DNA from: Betaproteobacteria bacterium
GTDB taxonomy: Bacteria; Pseudomonadota; Gammaproteobacteria; Burkholderiales; SG8-41
Assembly: GCA_947476215.1 (NCBI GenBank)
Contig: CANJQI010000002.1
Span: 10,119-74,118 of the forward strand
Length of the DNA: 64,000 nucleotides
Direction: 5' to 3'
Shown here: piece by piece, positions 18,642-28,165 of the stretch
Layout of the letters: each line of letters starts with the position of its first letter
Numbering within the stretch: the first letter of the stretch is position 1
Made by a program: the position numbers and the translations under genes
The notes under the pieces: generated by a model
Told to the model about the DNA's origin: nothing
The model's input: only the letters and a program-made list of their open reading frames with translations
Databases searched by the model: none

Positions 18642-19943
18642 CTAGGCGTCCGCGATCATACCCGCAGCCACCGTCGCATTGTTTGAAGGATCGATGACGA
18701 TGAATGACCCGGTCGCACGATTGAGCGTGTAATTGTCGCAGGCGAGCGGCTCATACAGGCGCAGTCTGACGTGCGCAATGTCGTTCATGGCCAGCGTATC
18801 CACGCCGGTGACATTTTCCGTGGAATTGACATCAACGCGGTATTCGATCTCGGAAAACGAGGCCTTGACGGTACGCGTGGTGTGTTTGAGCAGGTAGTGA
18901 CGACGACGGTCGAGCGGACGCGTATGCATCCAGCAGACTTTGGCTGCTATCGATTGCGTAACGCTGGGCGCCGCCCCGCATGCGGCATCCACCACGGTTT
19001 GCACTATCATGTCGCCGCGCGACACATCGATTTCATCCTCCAGCTCCAGCGTAATCGACAGCGGCGCGCCGGCGTGCTGCAGATCGCCATCGAAGGTAAA
19101 GATACGCGCGACGCGCGAAGACACGCCGGACGGCAACACGGTGACCGCGTCGCCGACCTGCACGAAACCGGATTCGATGCGCCCCAGATAACCACGCCGC
19201 TCGCGCCCGGTTGCCGGGTCGGGCCGGGCCACCAGTTGCACCGGAAAACGCAAGGCGTCGTGCTCGACGAGACCCGCGACATCGACGGTCTCGAGGGTTT
19301 CCAGCAGCGTGGCACCGTGGTACCACCCCAGCCTGTCGCCGCGTGTCACGACCATATCGCCATGCAACGCTGAAATAGGCACGTAGCGCACGTCCTTGAT
19401 GCCCAGTCCCTGCGCGAAAGTCGCAAACTCCGACTGAATGCGCTCGAATACGGACTGGGAAAAATCGACCAGATCCATCTTGTTCACTGCCACCAGCAAA
19501 TGCGGTACGCCGAGCAAGTGAGCGAGATACGCATGACGGCGCGACTGCGTGAGCATGCCCTTGCGCGCGTCTATCAGTATGATCGCCAGATCGGCCGTGC
19601 TCGCGCCGGTGACCATGTTGCGCGTGTATTGCTCATGACCGGGTGTGTCCGCGATGATGAACTTGCGGCGCGGCGTCGCGAAATACCGGTACGCCACGTC
19701 TATGGTGATGCCTTGTTCGCGCTCGGCGAGCAGACCGTCGGTCAGCAGCGACAAATCCATGGTGTCCTGACCGCGCTTCTTCGAAGTGCGGTCGAGCACG
19801 GACAACTGGTCCTCGAAGATCGACTTGGAGTCATAGAGCAGCCGGCCTATGAGCGTGCTCTTGCCGTCGTCCACGCTGCCGGCGGCCGCGAAGCGCAGCA
19901 GTTCGTGCTCGGATCCGGTGTTGTTCCCTGTCGCATTCATCAA
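18642..19943 (-). CDS. cysN: sulfate adenylyltransferase subunit 1 (GTPase), without fused APS kinase
   Basis: 433 aa with G-motifs GSVDDGKST, DTPGH and NKMD. The length excludes a CysC fusion. Confidence 0.95.
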   Translation of the reverse strand: MMNATGNNTGSEHELLRFAAAGSVDDGKSTLIGRLLYDSKSIFEDQLSVLDRTSKKRGQDTMDLSLLTDGLLAEREQGITIDVAYRYFATPRRKFIIADTPGHEQYTRNMVTGASTADLAIILIDARKGMLTQSRRHAYLAHLLGVPHLLVAVNKMDLVDFSQSVFERIQSEFATFAQGLGIKDVRYVPISALHGDMVVTRGDRLGWYHGATLLETLETVDVAGLVEHDALRFPVQLVARPDPATGRERRGYLGRIESGFVQVGDAVTVLPSGVSSRVARIFTFDGDLQHAGAPLSITLELEDEIDVSRGDMIVQTVVDAACGAAPSVTQSIAAKVCWMHTRPLDRRRHYLLKHTTRTVKASFSEIEYRVDVNSTENVTGVDTLAMNDIAHVRLRLYEPLACDNYTLNRATGSFIVIDPSNNATVAAGMIADA

Positions 19944-20959
19944 AAGTATCCTTCTTTCTTGCGCAGTTCCATGGATGCTTCCGAGGTCTGATCGTCCATG
20001 CGGGTTGCGCCGCGTTCGGTAATGCGGGTTGCCCCGGTCTCCACGATGATTTCCTCGAGCGTGGTAGCGACGGATTCAACCGGACAGGTACAAGTCATAT
20101 CACCGACGGTCCTGAAACGTACGTGTACATTTTCGACTTTCTCTCCCGGACGCGGTTGAACCAGCGCCGACACCGGCAGCAAACCACCGGGTTTGCGGAT
20201 GACATCGCGTGCATGAGAAAAATAAATGGAAGGCACTTCGAGGCGCTCGCGCGCGATGTACTGCCACACATCCAGCTCGGTCCAGTTGCTGATCGGAAAA
20301 ACGCGGATGTTTTCACCGGCTTGCACGCGGGTATTGTAGAGATCCCACAGTTCGGGACGCTGGTTCTTCGGATCCCATTGCCCGAAACTGTCGCGAAACG
20401 AGAATATCCGTTCCTTGGCGCGGGCCTTTTCTTCATCGCGCCGCGCACCGCCTATGCAGGCGTCCAGTTCCAGCTCCGCAATCGAGTCCAGTAATGTAAC
20501 GCTCTGTAAAGCATTGCGCCCCTGGCCGGGTTGTTCGACCGCGCGCCCCTGCGCGATCGAGTCTTCCACGCTGCGCACGATCAACCGTTCGCCCAGTTGC
20601 GCGGCCCGGTAGTCGCGGAACGCGATGACTTCTGGGAAGTTGTGACCGGTATCGATATGCAACAGCGGAAACGGAAACTTGCCGGGGCGAAACGCCTTTT
20701 CCGCAAGACGCAGCAGAACAATCGAATCCTTACCCCCGGAGAACAATAACGCCGGATTTGAACATCCAGCCGCAACCTCGCGCATGATGTGTATGGCCTC
20801 GCTCTCGAGCACATTGAGTTCGCTCAAGCGCTGGCGTATCGCGCGCTGCGGCACGGACTTGATGCCCGCGCTTGCAGACCTCAGATCACCGCCCGCGTGA
20901 TCCGATGCCGCCACGTTCAATGGCGTATCCGTGTCGTGCACCTTGGCCAGGCTATTCAT
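19940..20959 (-). CDS. cysD: sulfate adenylyltransferase subunit 2
   Basis: PAPS-reductase-fold motifs (LLFSGGKDS, HIDTGHNFPE). The ATG at 20959 has GGAG 8 nt upstream. The ATG at 20983 is an alternative. About 45 aa of N-terminal extension relative to typical CysD. Confidence 0.9.
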   Translation of the reverse strand: MNSLAKVHDTDTPLNVAASDHAGGDLRSASAGIKSVPQRAIRQRLSELNVLESEAIHIMREVAAGCSNPALLFSGGKDSIVLLRLAEKAFRPGKFPFPLLHIDTGHNFPEVIAFRDYRAAQLGERLIVRSVEDSIAQGRAVEQPGQGRNALQSVTLLDSIAELELDACIGGARRDEEKARAKERIFSFRDSFGQWDPKNQRPELWDLYNTRVQAGENIRVFPISNWTELDVWQYIARERLEVPSIYFSHARDVIRKPGGLLPVSALVQPRPGEKVENVHVRFRTVGDMTCTCPVESVATTLEEIIVETGATRITERGATRMDDQTSEASMELRKKEGYF

Positions 20960-20992
20960 ATTGAATTCTCCAGCATGAATCATGTGTTTGTA

Positions 20993-21730
20993 TCACTTGC
21001 TTGTTGCTAAACGCGGCTTGATTGCAGCGACACGGGAAGCGGGCAGCGCGCTGACGTGCAGACCACATTCCTTGCCCTCGGGATTCTCCCACCACCATCG
21101 CCCTGCACGTATGTCCTCGCCGACCGTAATGGCGCGCGTGCAGGGTGCGCAACCGATGCTGGGGTAGCCGCGGTCGTGCAATGCGTTGTACGGCACATTA
21201 AATTGACGCAGGTATTCCCAAACCTCGGGCTGACTCCAGTCGGCGAGTGGATTGAATTTCCACAAACCGTTATCTGCATCGTAGGCCTCGGGCTTTAACT
21301 CGGTGCGGCTTACCGACTGATCGCGACGCATGCCGGTGATCCACGCGCGCTTGCCGGCCAGCGCGCGCTTAAGCGGTTCAACCTTGCGGATGTGGCAGCA
21401 CGCCTTACGCAAATCAACGCTTTGATAAAAAGCGTTGGCGCCATGTTCCTTGAGGTGAGTTTCCAGTGCCTGCTGGTCGGGAACGAAAACGCGCAGCCGG
21501 ATTGCATAGCGTTCGCTGATGTCCTGCGTCAAACGATGGGTTTCCTCGGGCAGGCGGCCGGTGTCCAGCGTGAATATTTCGATGTCCGGAAATTTCCTGG
21601 CGATCAAGTCGGTGACAACCATATCCTCGGCGCCCAGACTGCTGGCAAATGTCGCGGGCGCGTACTCGCGCTGTATGCGATCGAGCAGCGTGCTTAAAAC
21701 GGAAATCTTTTCTTCGAGGCTCATCATCAA
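20993..21730 (-). CDS. cysH: assimilatory adenylyl-sulfate (APS) reductase, Fe-S type CysH
   Basis: 245 aa with C-terminal KECGLH plus the Fe-S cysteine signature CC (KACCHIRKV) and CxxC (GCAPCTRA) that marks APS-specific CysH. Confidence 0.9.
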   Translation of the reverse strand: MMMSLEEKISVLSTLLDRIQREYAPATFASSLGAEDMVVTDLIARKFPDIEIFTLDTGRLPEETHRLTQDISERYAIRLRVFVPDQQALETHLKEHGANAFYQSVDLRKACCHIRKVEPLKRALAGKRAWITGMRRDQSVSRTELKPEAYDADNGLWKFNPLADWSQPEVWEYLRQFNVPYNALHDRGYPSIGCAPCTRAITVGEDIRAGRWWWENPEGKECGLHVSALPASRVAAIKPRLATSK

Positions 21731-21744
21731 CTCTGTTGGTGGCG

Positions 21745-22269
21745 TCAGACGCGGGTAGCCCCTTGCGTCAGCCGGCGTCGAAATAAGGGCTGAGGACGTT
21801 CGACCGATACCTGATAGGCTTCGCTGAAATCATCAAGCGCGGCGAGCGCCGCATGCGCGTCTTCACCGGGCCGCAACGCAAACGCGTTGAAACCGCAGCG
21901 TGACAGGTAGAACATCGTCTCACGAAAAACGTCGCCTATCGCGCGCAATTCGCCCTGCCAGTGATGGCGTTCACGCAGTAAGCGCGCGATCGAATAACCC
22001 TGGCCATCGATAAATTGCGGAAAATTAACCGCGATTACTTCAAAACAGGCAAGATCATCAGCGATGACTCCGGGTTCATCCTGACTCCCCAGCCATACGC
22101 CCAACCGTCCGCGGCGCTCAGTCAGCGCCGCACGCTGCGCCAGCCACTGCGCGAGCGGAACGATGACATCGCCATCGGGCGGAACAGCAGGCAGCGTCTT
22201 GTCAGCCGCCGGCTTCAGCAACTGCCACGTGTCGGCCACGACCTGCCGGTCTTTTATGATGTCCGCCAT
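21745..22269 (-). CDS. DUF934 protein (sulfite-reductase-associated)
   Basis: Conserved FIDGQGYSIARLLRER...GELRAIGDV...CGFNAF. AAGGAG lies 7 nt upstream of the ATG at 22269, whereas the track start at 22275 has only 1-nt spacing. Confidence 0.8.
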   Translation of the reverse strand: MADIIKDRQVVADTWQLLKPAADKTLPAVPPDGDVIVPLAQWLAQRAALTERRGRLGVWLGSQDEPGVIADDLACFEVIAVNFPQFIDGQGYSIARLLRERHHWQGELRAIGDVFRETMFYLSRCGFNAFALRPGEDAHAALAALDDFSEAYQVSVERPQPLFRRRLTQGATRV

Positions 22270-23914
22270 ATACATGCTCCTTGAATGGTTCGATTCCTAT
22301 ACGCCGCACCACATCGATAAACCGTTCGACTTCGCTGTCGCGCCGCGTGAGGTACAGTTTGATCAGCTTTTCCATGACATCGGGCACTTCATCCTGCGAC
22401 ACCGACGGCCCCAACACTTTGCCCAGCGAAGCGTGATTCCCCTGCGATCCGCCTATGGATATCTGGTAGAACTCCGCGCCCTGCTTGTCCACGCCCAGTA
22501 TGCCGACATGGCCGACATGGTGGTGGCCGCACGCGTTCATGCAACCCGATATATTGAGGTCGAGTTCACCGATGTCGTACTGATAATCGAGATCGTCGAA
22601 GCGGCGCTGTATCGCCTCCGCCACCGGTATGGATTTCGCGTTGGCCAGCGAGCAGAAATCGCCACCGGGACAGCAGATAATGTTGGTAATCATGCCGATA
22701 TTGGGCGTGGCGAATCCTAATTCTCGCGCCTTCTGCCAAAGTTGGTGAAGATCGGCCTGCCGCACGTCGGCTAGTATCAGGTTCTGCTCGTGGGAGACGC
22801 GCAACTCGCCAAAACTGTAACGATCGGCCATGTCCGCCACCGCGTCCATCTGGTCCGCGGTCGCGTCTCCCGGCGGCACGCCGGTTTTCTTCAGCGACAG
22901 GGTAACCGCGGCGTATCCCGGCATTTTGTGAGGATGAACGTTGCGTTGCACCCATTTGGCATAAGCCTGATCACGCGCCAGCGCCGCCGCGTGTTCCGGC
23001 ACGTGGGCGTCCAGTTTCAGGTAGCTGGGACGCGTGAAACGCTGCTCTATGCGCTGCACTTCGTCTGCAATGAGGGTTGCCGGACCGTTCTCAAGATGAG
23101 CCCACTCTTGCTCGACCTTCTGGCGAAAAACGTCGGGCGTCAGTTCCTTGACCAGGATCTTGATGCGCGCTTTATATTTGTTGTCGCGCCGGCCATAGCG
23201 GTTGTAGACCCGCAGCACGGCATCAAGGTAATTCAGCAGGTGCTGCCATGGCAGGAATTCCCGGATCACCACGCCGATTATGGGTGTGCGCCCCAATCCA
23301 CCGCCCACAAGGACGCGAAAACCGACATTGCCTGCCGCATCGCGTTTTGCCTGCACGCCGATATCGTGAACCTGCGTCGCCGCCCTGTCCTGCTCGCTGC
23401 CGCTGACCGCAATCTTGAATTTACGCGGCAGAAACGCGAACTCGGGGTGGAACGTCGACCACTGGCGCAATAGCTCGGACCAGACCAACGGATTTACGAT
23501 ATCGTCCGGCGCCACACCCGCGAAATGGTCGGTGGTGATGTTGCGTATGCAATTGCCGCTGGTTTGTATGGCGTGCATTTGGACGGTCGCCAGCTTGGCA
23601 AGGATGTCCGGCACTTCTTCCAGCCTGGGCCAGTTGTACTGGATATTCTGGCGCGTGCTGAAGTGACCATAACCGCGGTCCCACTTTCGTGCAATGTAAG
23701 CGAGCGCTCGCAACTGACGCGACGCCAGCAAGCCATATGGGATGGCGACGCGCAACATGGGCGCATATCTTTGAATATAAAGACCATTTTGGAGGCGCAG
23801 CGGACGGAAATCATCTTCCGACAAGGCCCCGGAGAGAAATCGCTGCGTCTGACTGCGAAACTGGGTAACGCGCTCGTCTACCAACCTCTGGTCTATTTCG
23901 TCGTATATATACAT
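22202..23914 (-). CDS. cysI: sulfite reductase hemoprotein (nitrite/sulfite reductase family)
   Basis: 570 aa with a siroheme/4Fe-4S cysteine cluster region (CPGGDFCSLA ... SGCMNACGHHH). No cysJ is adjacent. Confidence 0.9.
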   Translation of the reverse strand: MYIYDEIDQRLVDERVTQFRSQTQRFLSGALSEDDFRPLRLQNGLYIQRYAPMLRVAIPYGLLASRQLRALAYIARKWDRGYGHFSTRQNIQYNWPRLEEVPDILAKLATVQMHAIQTSGNCIRNITTDHFAGVAPDDIVNPLVWSELLRQWSTFHPEFAFLPRKFKIAVSGSEQDRAATQVHDIGVQAKRDAAGNVGFRVLVGGGLGRTPIIGVVIREFLPWQHLLNYLDAVLRVYNRYGRRDNKYKARIKILVKELTPDVFRQKVEQEWAHLENGPATLIADEVQRIEQRFTRPSYLKLDAHVPEHAAALARDQAYAKWVQRNVHPHKMPGYAAVTLSLKKTGVPPGDATADQMDAVADMADRYSFGELRVSHEQNLILADVRQADLHQLWQKARELGFATPNIGMITNIICCPGGDFCSLANAKSIPVAEAIQRRFDDLDYQYDIGELDLNISGCMNACGHHHVGHVGILGVDKQGAEFYQISIGGSQGNHASLGKVLGPSVSQDEVPDVMEKLIKLYLTRRDSEVERFIDVVRRIGIEPFKEHVYGGHHKRPAGRGRHVAVAEAGG

Positions 23915-24023
23915 AGTATGTGCTACGTCCTTGAATTCGTGGGGCGCATAGTATCAATGCTGGCTTATATTTAGAAAGAATATTATATTACAATGATATA
24001 ACTAAAATCAATTTGTAACCGCC
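23915..24023. promoter_or_regulatory. divergent cysI / cysB control region
   Basis: 109-bp AT-rich spacer between divergent starts. TTATAT occurs at 23965 and 23983, and there is an inverted repeat TTATAT-N7-ATATAA at 23983-24001. Confidence 0.45.
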
Positions 24024-24968
24024 ATGAAACTGCAGCAGCTCCGCTATCTTTGCGAAGTCGCCGACCAGGGACTGAATCTGTCGGTCGCGGCGCAAAAACT
24101 GCACACCTCCCAACCCGGCATCAGTAAACAAATCCGCATGCTCGAAGACGAGCTCGGCGTGGAAATCTTCATTCGTAACGGCAAGCGCGTCACAAAGATA
24201 ACTCCGCCGGGCAAGGAAATCATTGCCATCGCGCACCGCATCCTCAAGGAAACCGACAATCTCAAACAGGCTGCGCAGGACTACTCCAATCGCGACCGTG
24301 GTGGCCTCACGATAGCCACCACGCATACCCAGGCACGCTACGCCCTGCCGACCGTCATACACCGTTTCACCACGCGCTATCCCAATGTAAAACTCAGCCT
24401 GATACAGGGCAGCCCGGTTCAGATTTGCCAATTCGTCCTGAGCGGCCAGGCCGATATCTGCATAGCCACTGAAGCCATTGCAACGTTTGAAGAATTGGTC
24501 ATGCTGCCGTGTTATACATGGAACCGTTGCGTCATCGCACCGCCGAACCACCCGATACTGCGCCAGCAATCGTTGACACTGGAGGAAATCTCAAAGTATC
24601 CGATCATCACGTATGATTTCGCCTTTGCCGGCCGGTCGCAGATTAACCAGGCGTTTGCAAAACGCAACCTCACTCCCAACGTGGTACTGACGGCGATAGA
24701 CTCCGACGTCATCAAAACCTATGTCGCGCTGGGTCTGGGCATAGGCATACTGGCGAACATGGCGTTCGATGCGGCGCGGGACACCGATCTACGGGCCATA
24801 GACGCCAGCCACCTGTTCGAATCGAGCACGACGCGTATCGGCATTCCACGCAACGCGTTTCTGCGCGCCTACGTCTATGATTTCATAGAGATGTTCGCGC
24901 CGCAGCTCGGGCGCGAGGTGGTCGAAGCAACAGTACTCGGCAAGACGCCGGTCAGCTATGAGCTTTAA
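24024..24968 (+). CDS. cysB: LysR-type regulator of the CysB/Cbl family
   Basis: 314 aa with MKLQQLRYLCEVADQGLNLSVAAQKLHTSQPGISKQIRMLE, as in CysB. It is divergent from the cys operon. Confidence 0.9.
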   Translation: MKLQQLRYLCEVADQGLNLSVAAQKLHTSQPGISKQIRMLEDELGVEIFIRNGKRVTKITPPGKEIIAIAHRILKETDNLKQAAQDYSNRDRGGLTIATTHTQARYALPTVIHRFTTRYPNVKLSLIQGSPVQICQFVLSGQADICIATEAIATFEELVMLPCYTWNRCVIAPPNHPILRQQSLTLEEISKYPIITYDFAFAGRSQINQAFAKRNLTPNVVLTAIDSDVIKTYVALGLGIGILANMAFDAARDTDLRAIDASHLFESSTTRIGIPRNAFLRAYVYDFIEMFAPQLGREVVEATVLGKTPVSYEL

Positions 24969-24973
24969 AGGTG

Positions 24974-25255
24974 CTATTTCGCGGCCACGCGCTGGCGCAG
25001 CCACGCGCTGGCGGCATCCACGATGATCACCAGGACAGCATGGCGATAATGACCGTCATGGCCTGCGGCTGCTGAAACAGCGACAAGCTCATATATAACA
25101 TCTGACCCAGCCCACCGGCGCCGACCACGCCGAGGATCGCCGCCATGCGTATGTTGATTTCCCAGCGGTATAACACATACGCAACGAACTGCGCGACGAC
25201 CTCGGGCATGGTTCCGTAGAAGAATGCCATGACCGCGGCGATCAAGCGGGAAATG
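24974..25255 (-). pseudogene. C-terminal fragment of a third phnE-like permease gene (5-prime truncated, one frameshift)
   Basis: ORF 25027-25281 encodes ...YVLYRWEINIRMAAILGVVGAGGLGQML..., matching the C-terminus of the intact PhnE at 25641-26483. The final segment, VLVIIVDAASAWLRQRVAAK, continues in another frame (ORF 24974-25270). Confidence 0.75.
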
Positions 25256-25261
25256 CGCTGA

Positions 25262-25636
25262 ATCGGGCATTTCAATGCCACAGGCGCGCGCCAGCCGGGC
25301 TTACAGTTCCTCGATAGCGCAGGACTCGGCGTGTTCGCCGCGCGCGGGAAACTTGATCAGCCAATGCTCTCCAGCCGCTTCGCCAGAACCTCCGGCGCTC
25401 ATGCGGCCGCTTGCGCGCTCGTAATGTACCAATGCCTAGGGGCGCGCCCCCTGCGGCGAACCGCCGATAAATACCAGTTCGTTTAAAACCGCCGCGCCAG
25501 TACCAGCGGTAAAGTGATCAATTTGCCCTGCGACCTCAAGCAGGGTGATCTCATGGGCAGGTAGTTCGTTTTCCAAAGCGGGTTCGAATGAAAGCGCACC
25601 CATGGCACGCTCACCAACAAACGCCAGGCGCTGCAG
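25262..25636 (-). pseudogene. internal fragment of a hipA-family toxin kinase gene with two in-frame stops
   Basis: My own minus-strand translation reads AFVGERAMGALSFEP...GGSPQGARP*ALV...HWLIKFP...EEL*ARLARACGIEMPD. The stops are TAG at 25436-25438 and TAA at 25301-25303. The motifs follow HipA N-terminal and core order. There is no start region, kinase C-terminal half or hipB. Confidence 0.65.
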
Positions 25637-25640
25637 CGCG

Positions 25641-26483
25641 CTACCGCTGCAGCACGCGCCGCGATACATAGGAAAGCAGATCCACCAGCGCGACCAGCAG
25701 GATCATCGCGATCAGTATCGAACTGGTTTCGCTCATGTGAAACAGGCCCATGTGAAACGCCAGCATTTGTCCAAGGCCGCCGCCGCCGACCACGCCCAGC
25801 ACGGCTGCGGCGCGGATGTTGTTCTCCCAGCGATACAAGGTGTAGGACAGGAGTTGCGGCAGTATCTGCACCAGCGTCGAATACAGGAACACCCGGCCCG
25901 CCGGTACGCCCTGCACCCGCAACGCGTAAGCGGGGCCGGGTGGCGCGTTTTCAATCGCTTCGGCGAACAGCCGCCCCAGTACGCCGGTGGTGTGCAGGCC
26001 GAGCGCCAGCGTCCCGGCAAAAGGGCCAAGGCCGGCTGAAATAATCAGCAGCGCCGCCCACACCAGCTCCGGTATGGAACGCAAGCCGTTCAGTATCAGT
26101 CGCGTCGGGACGCGCCAATACGCCGTGTCTTCGGCGTGGGTGCGGCTGGCGGGCAACGCGAGCGCGAGGCCCGCGATCACGGCCAGCAACGTGCCTAGCG
26201 CGGACATGGCGATGGTCTCCAGGCTGGCAATCAGCAATTTTTTCAGGAACACCGGGTCCATCGACGGCGACAGCAGTTCCGCCAAAAACTTGCCCATCCT
26301 TCGCGCGGATTCGGCGGACAGGAATTTTGCCCATTGCAAATCGAGCGTCCAGAAGCTTGCGAAGGTCAATGCGGCCAGCCCCAGCAGAAACCAGCAGGCG
26401 GCGCAGCGTGCGCTAAACAGTTTGGGCGGCAGCCGGTAGGCCTCGTTGGCCGCGGCAGGCGGTTTTACGGCGGGCGCGTTCAT
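25641..26483 (-). CDS. phnE: phosphonate-type ABC transporter permease
   Basis: 280 aa, polytopic, with LYRWENNIRAAAVLGVVGGGGLGQ, the PhnE signature. Confidence 0.85.
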   Translation of the reverse strand: MNAPAVKPPAAANEAYRLPPKLFSARCAACWFLLGLAALTFASFWTLDLQWAKFLSAESARRMGKFLAELLSPSMDPVFLKKLLIASLETIAMSALGTLLAVIAGLALALPASRTHAEDTAYWRVPTRLILNGLRSIPELVWAALLIISAGLGPFAGTLALGLHTTGVLGRLFAEAIENAPPGPAYALRVQGVPAGRVFLYSTLVQILPQLLSYTLYRWENNIRAAAVLGVVGGGGLGQMLAFHMGLFHMSETSSILIAMILLVALVDLLSYVSRRVLQR

Positions 26484-27325
26484 GCCAGCACCTTGCGCAG
26501 ACGCGCGCTGGCGTAGTCGGCCAAGCCCACCAGCATCATGAACACGAGTAGCATGGTGGCCACCTCGCCGCCCTGAAACATTTTCATCGAGTTATCCATT
26601 TGCTGCCCCAGCCCGCCCGCGCCCACGAAACCGAGCACCGCCGAGGAGCGGATGGCGCATTCCCAGCGATATACGGTATAGCTGGTGAGTTCGGCCGAGC
26701 TTTGCGGCAGCAGGCCGTAGAAAAACGCCTGCAAGCGCCCGGCACCGTTACGCAGCAAGGTATTGGTGGCATGCGATTCGTCGCTTTCGAGTATCTCTCC
26801 ATAGACCTTGCCGAGCATGCCGCCGTAGGTGAGCGCAATCGCCAGCACGCCGGCGGTGGGACCAAGCCCAACCACGCGCACGAACACCAGCGCCCATACC
26901 AGTTCCGGCACGCTGCGCAGCACGATCAGCAGCCAGCGCGTCGCCTGACGGATAAACAGAGGAATCAGGTGCATGCGCCCCGGCAACGCGGATATGGACA
27001 GCGCGCTGGTGGACAGCAGCGTAAGCGGGATCGCGATCAGCAGCGCCAACGCCATGCCGGCGGTGGCGATGGCGACGGTGCGCCAGCACTCGCGCGCCAC
27101 CAGTAACAAAAACTCCGCTTCAATTTTGGGCGGGAAAAAATCCGCGAGGAAGCGTTTGGTTGATTTAAGCGCCGCGGGTTCAAACAATGTCCAGGGCCTG
27201 AATTCGGTGAGCACAAACGCCGGCGCCAGCAACACCAGCGCGACGCTGGTCCAGAACACGCGCGAGACCCATGCCGGATCGCGCAACTGCGGCGGCATCA
27301 GGGCAGCGGTAGCGGTGGTATTCAA
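26480..27325 (-). CDS. phnE: phosphonate-type ABC transporter permease (second copy)
   Basis: 281 aa with VYRWECAIRSSAVLGFVGAGGLGQ. 4-nt overlap with the downstream permease gene. Confidence 0.85.
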   Translation of the reverse strand: MNTTATAALMPPQLRDPAWVSRVFWTSVALVLLAPAFVLTEFRPWTLFEPAALKSTKRFLADFFPPKIEAEFLLLVARECWRTVAIATAGMALALLIAIPLTLLSTSALSISALPGRMHLIPLFIRQATRWLLIVLRSVPELVWALVFVRVVGLGPTAGVLAIALTYGGMLGKVYGEILESDESHATNTLLRNGAGRLQAFFYGLLPQSSAELTSYTVYRWECAIRSSAVLGFVGAGGLGQQMDNSMKMFQGGEVATMLLVFMMLVGLADYASARLRKVLA

Positions 27326-27334
27326 GGTGAAACG

Positions 27335-28150
27335 TTACCGGCAATACAGCGCGGCGGGCGCGTCATCGCCGGGCGTGGGCGCCGCGCCATGCAACTCGTG
27401 CTCGTGCTGCGCGTAGAGCGCCGTCAACCGCTCGCGCGTGATGTCATGCGACGGCAAATCGAAGTGCAGTTCGCCATCACGCAAACCGATCACCCGCGCA
27501 AACCGCGTGGCAACATCCACCTGATGCAGCGTGGTGATAAGGGTCGCACCATGTTCGCGCGCGGATCGCGTGAGGCTGTCGATTGCCTGCGCTGCACGCG
27601 ACGGATCAAGCGACGACAGCGGTTCGTCCACCAGCCATAGCGAGGCCGATGACACCAGTGCGCGGGCAAGGCCGACGCGCTGACGCTCGCCACCGGAGAG
27701 CCGGTCCACGCGGTCCCACAGTTTGTTGGCAAGATCAAACCGCGCGAGCGCGGCTTCGGCCTCCGCAATGTGAATCGGATAAATCAATGAGCGCAGGCTT
27801 GCCGCCAGCGACTGGCGTGGCAGCCGTGCCGCGAGCACCGCGGTAATGACGCGCTGGCGCGGCGGCAGCGGCGGCGACTGCGGCGCGAGAAACAAACGGC
27901 CGCGCAGCTTTTGCAGCCGTGCCACGGAAATTTGCCACGGATCAATGCCGTCGAGCGCAAGCTTCCCCGACACGGGTTGCAACGCGCATGCCAGCGCATG
28001 CAGCAGCGTGGTTTTGCCCGCGCCCGATGGGCCGATGATCGCGACCTGTTCGCCGGCGGCGATGTTCAGCGTCACCGGTTTGAGGGCGGCGGGGGCGCGC
28101 GCGGCAGCGGCGCGATGCCGCGCCGACAGGCCTTCCACGTTGATGCGCAT
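27335..28150 (-). CDS. phnC: phosphonate-type ABC transporter ATP-binding protein
   Basis: 271 aa with Walker A GPSGAGKTT, signature LSGGERQR and Walker B LWLVDEP. Confidence 0.85.
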   Translation of the reverse strand: MRINVEGLSARHRAAAARAPAALKPVTLNIAAGEQVAIIGPSGAGKTTLLHALACALQPVSGKLALDGIDPWQISVARLQKLRGRLFLAPQSPPLPPRQRVITAVLAARLPRQSLAASLRSLIYPIHIAEAEAALARFDLANKLWDRVDRLSGGERQRVGLARALVSSASLWLVDEPLSSLDPSRAAQAIDSLTRSAREHGATLITTLHQVDVATRFARVIGLRDGELHFDLPSHDITRERLTALYAQHEHELHGAAPTPGDDAPAALYCR

Positions 28151-28165
28151 ACGTGCGCTTGCCGG

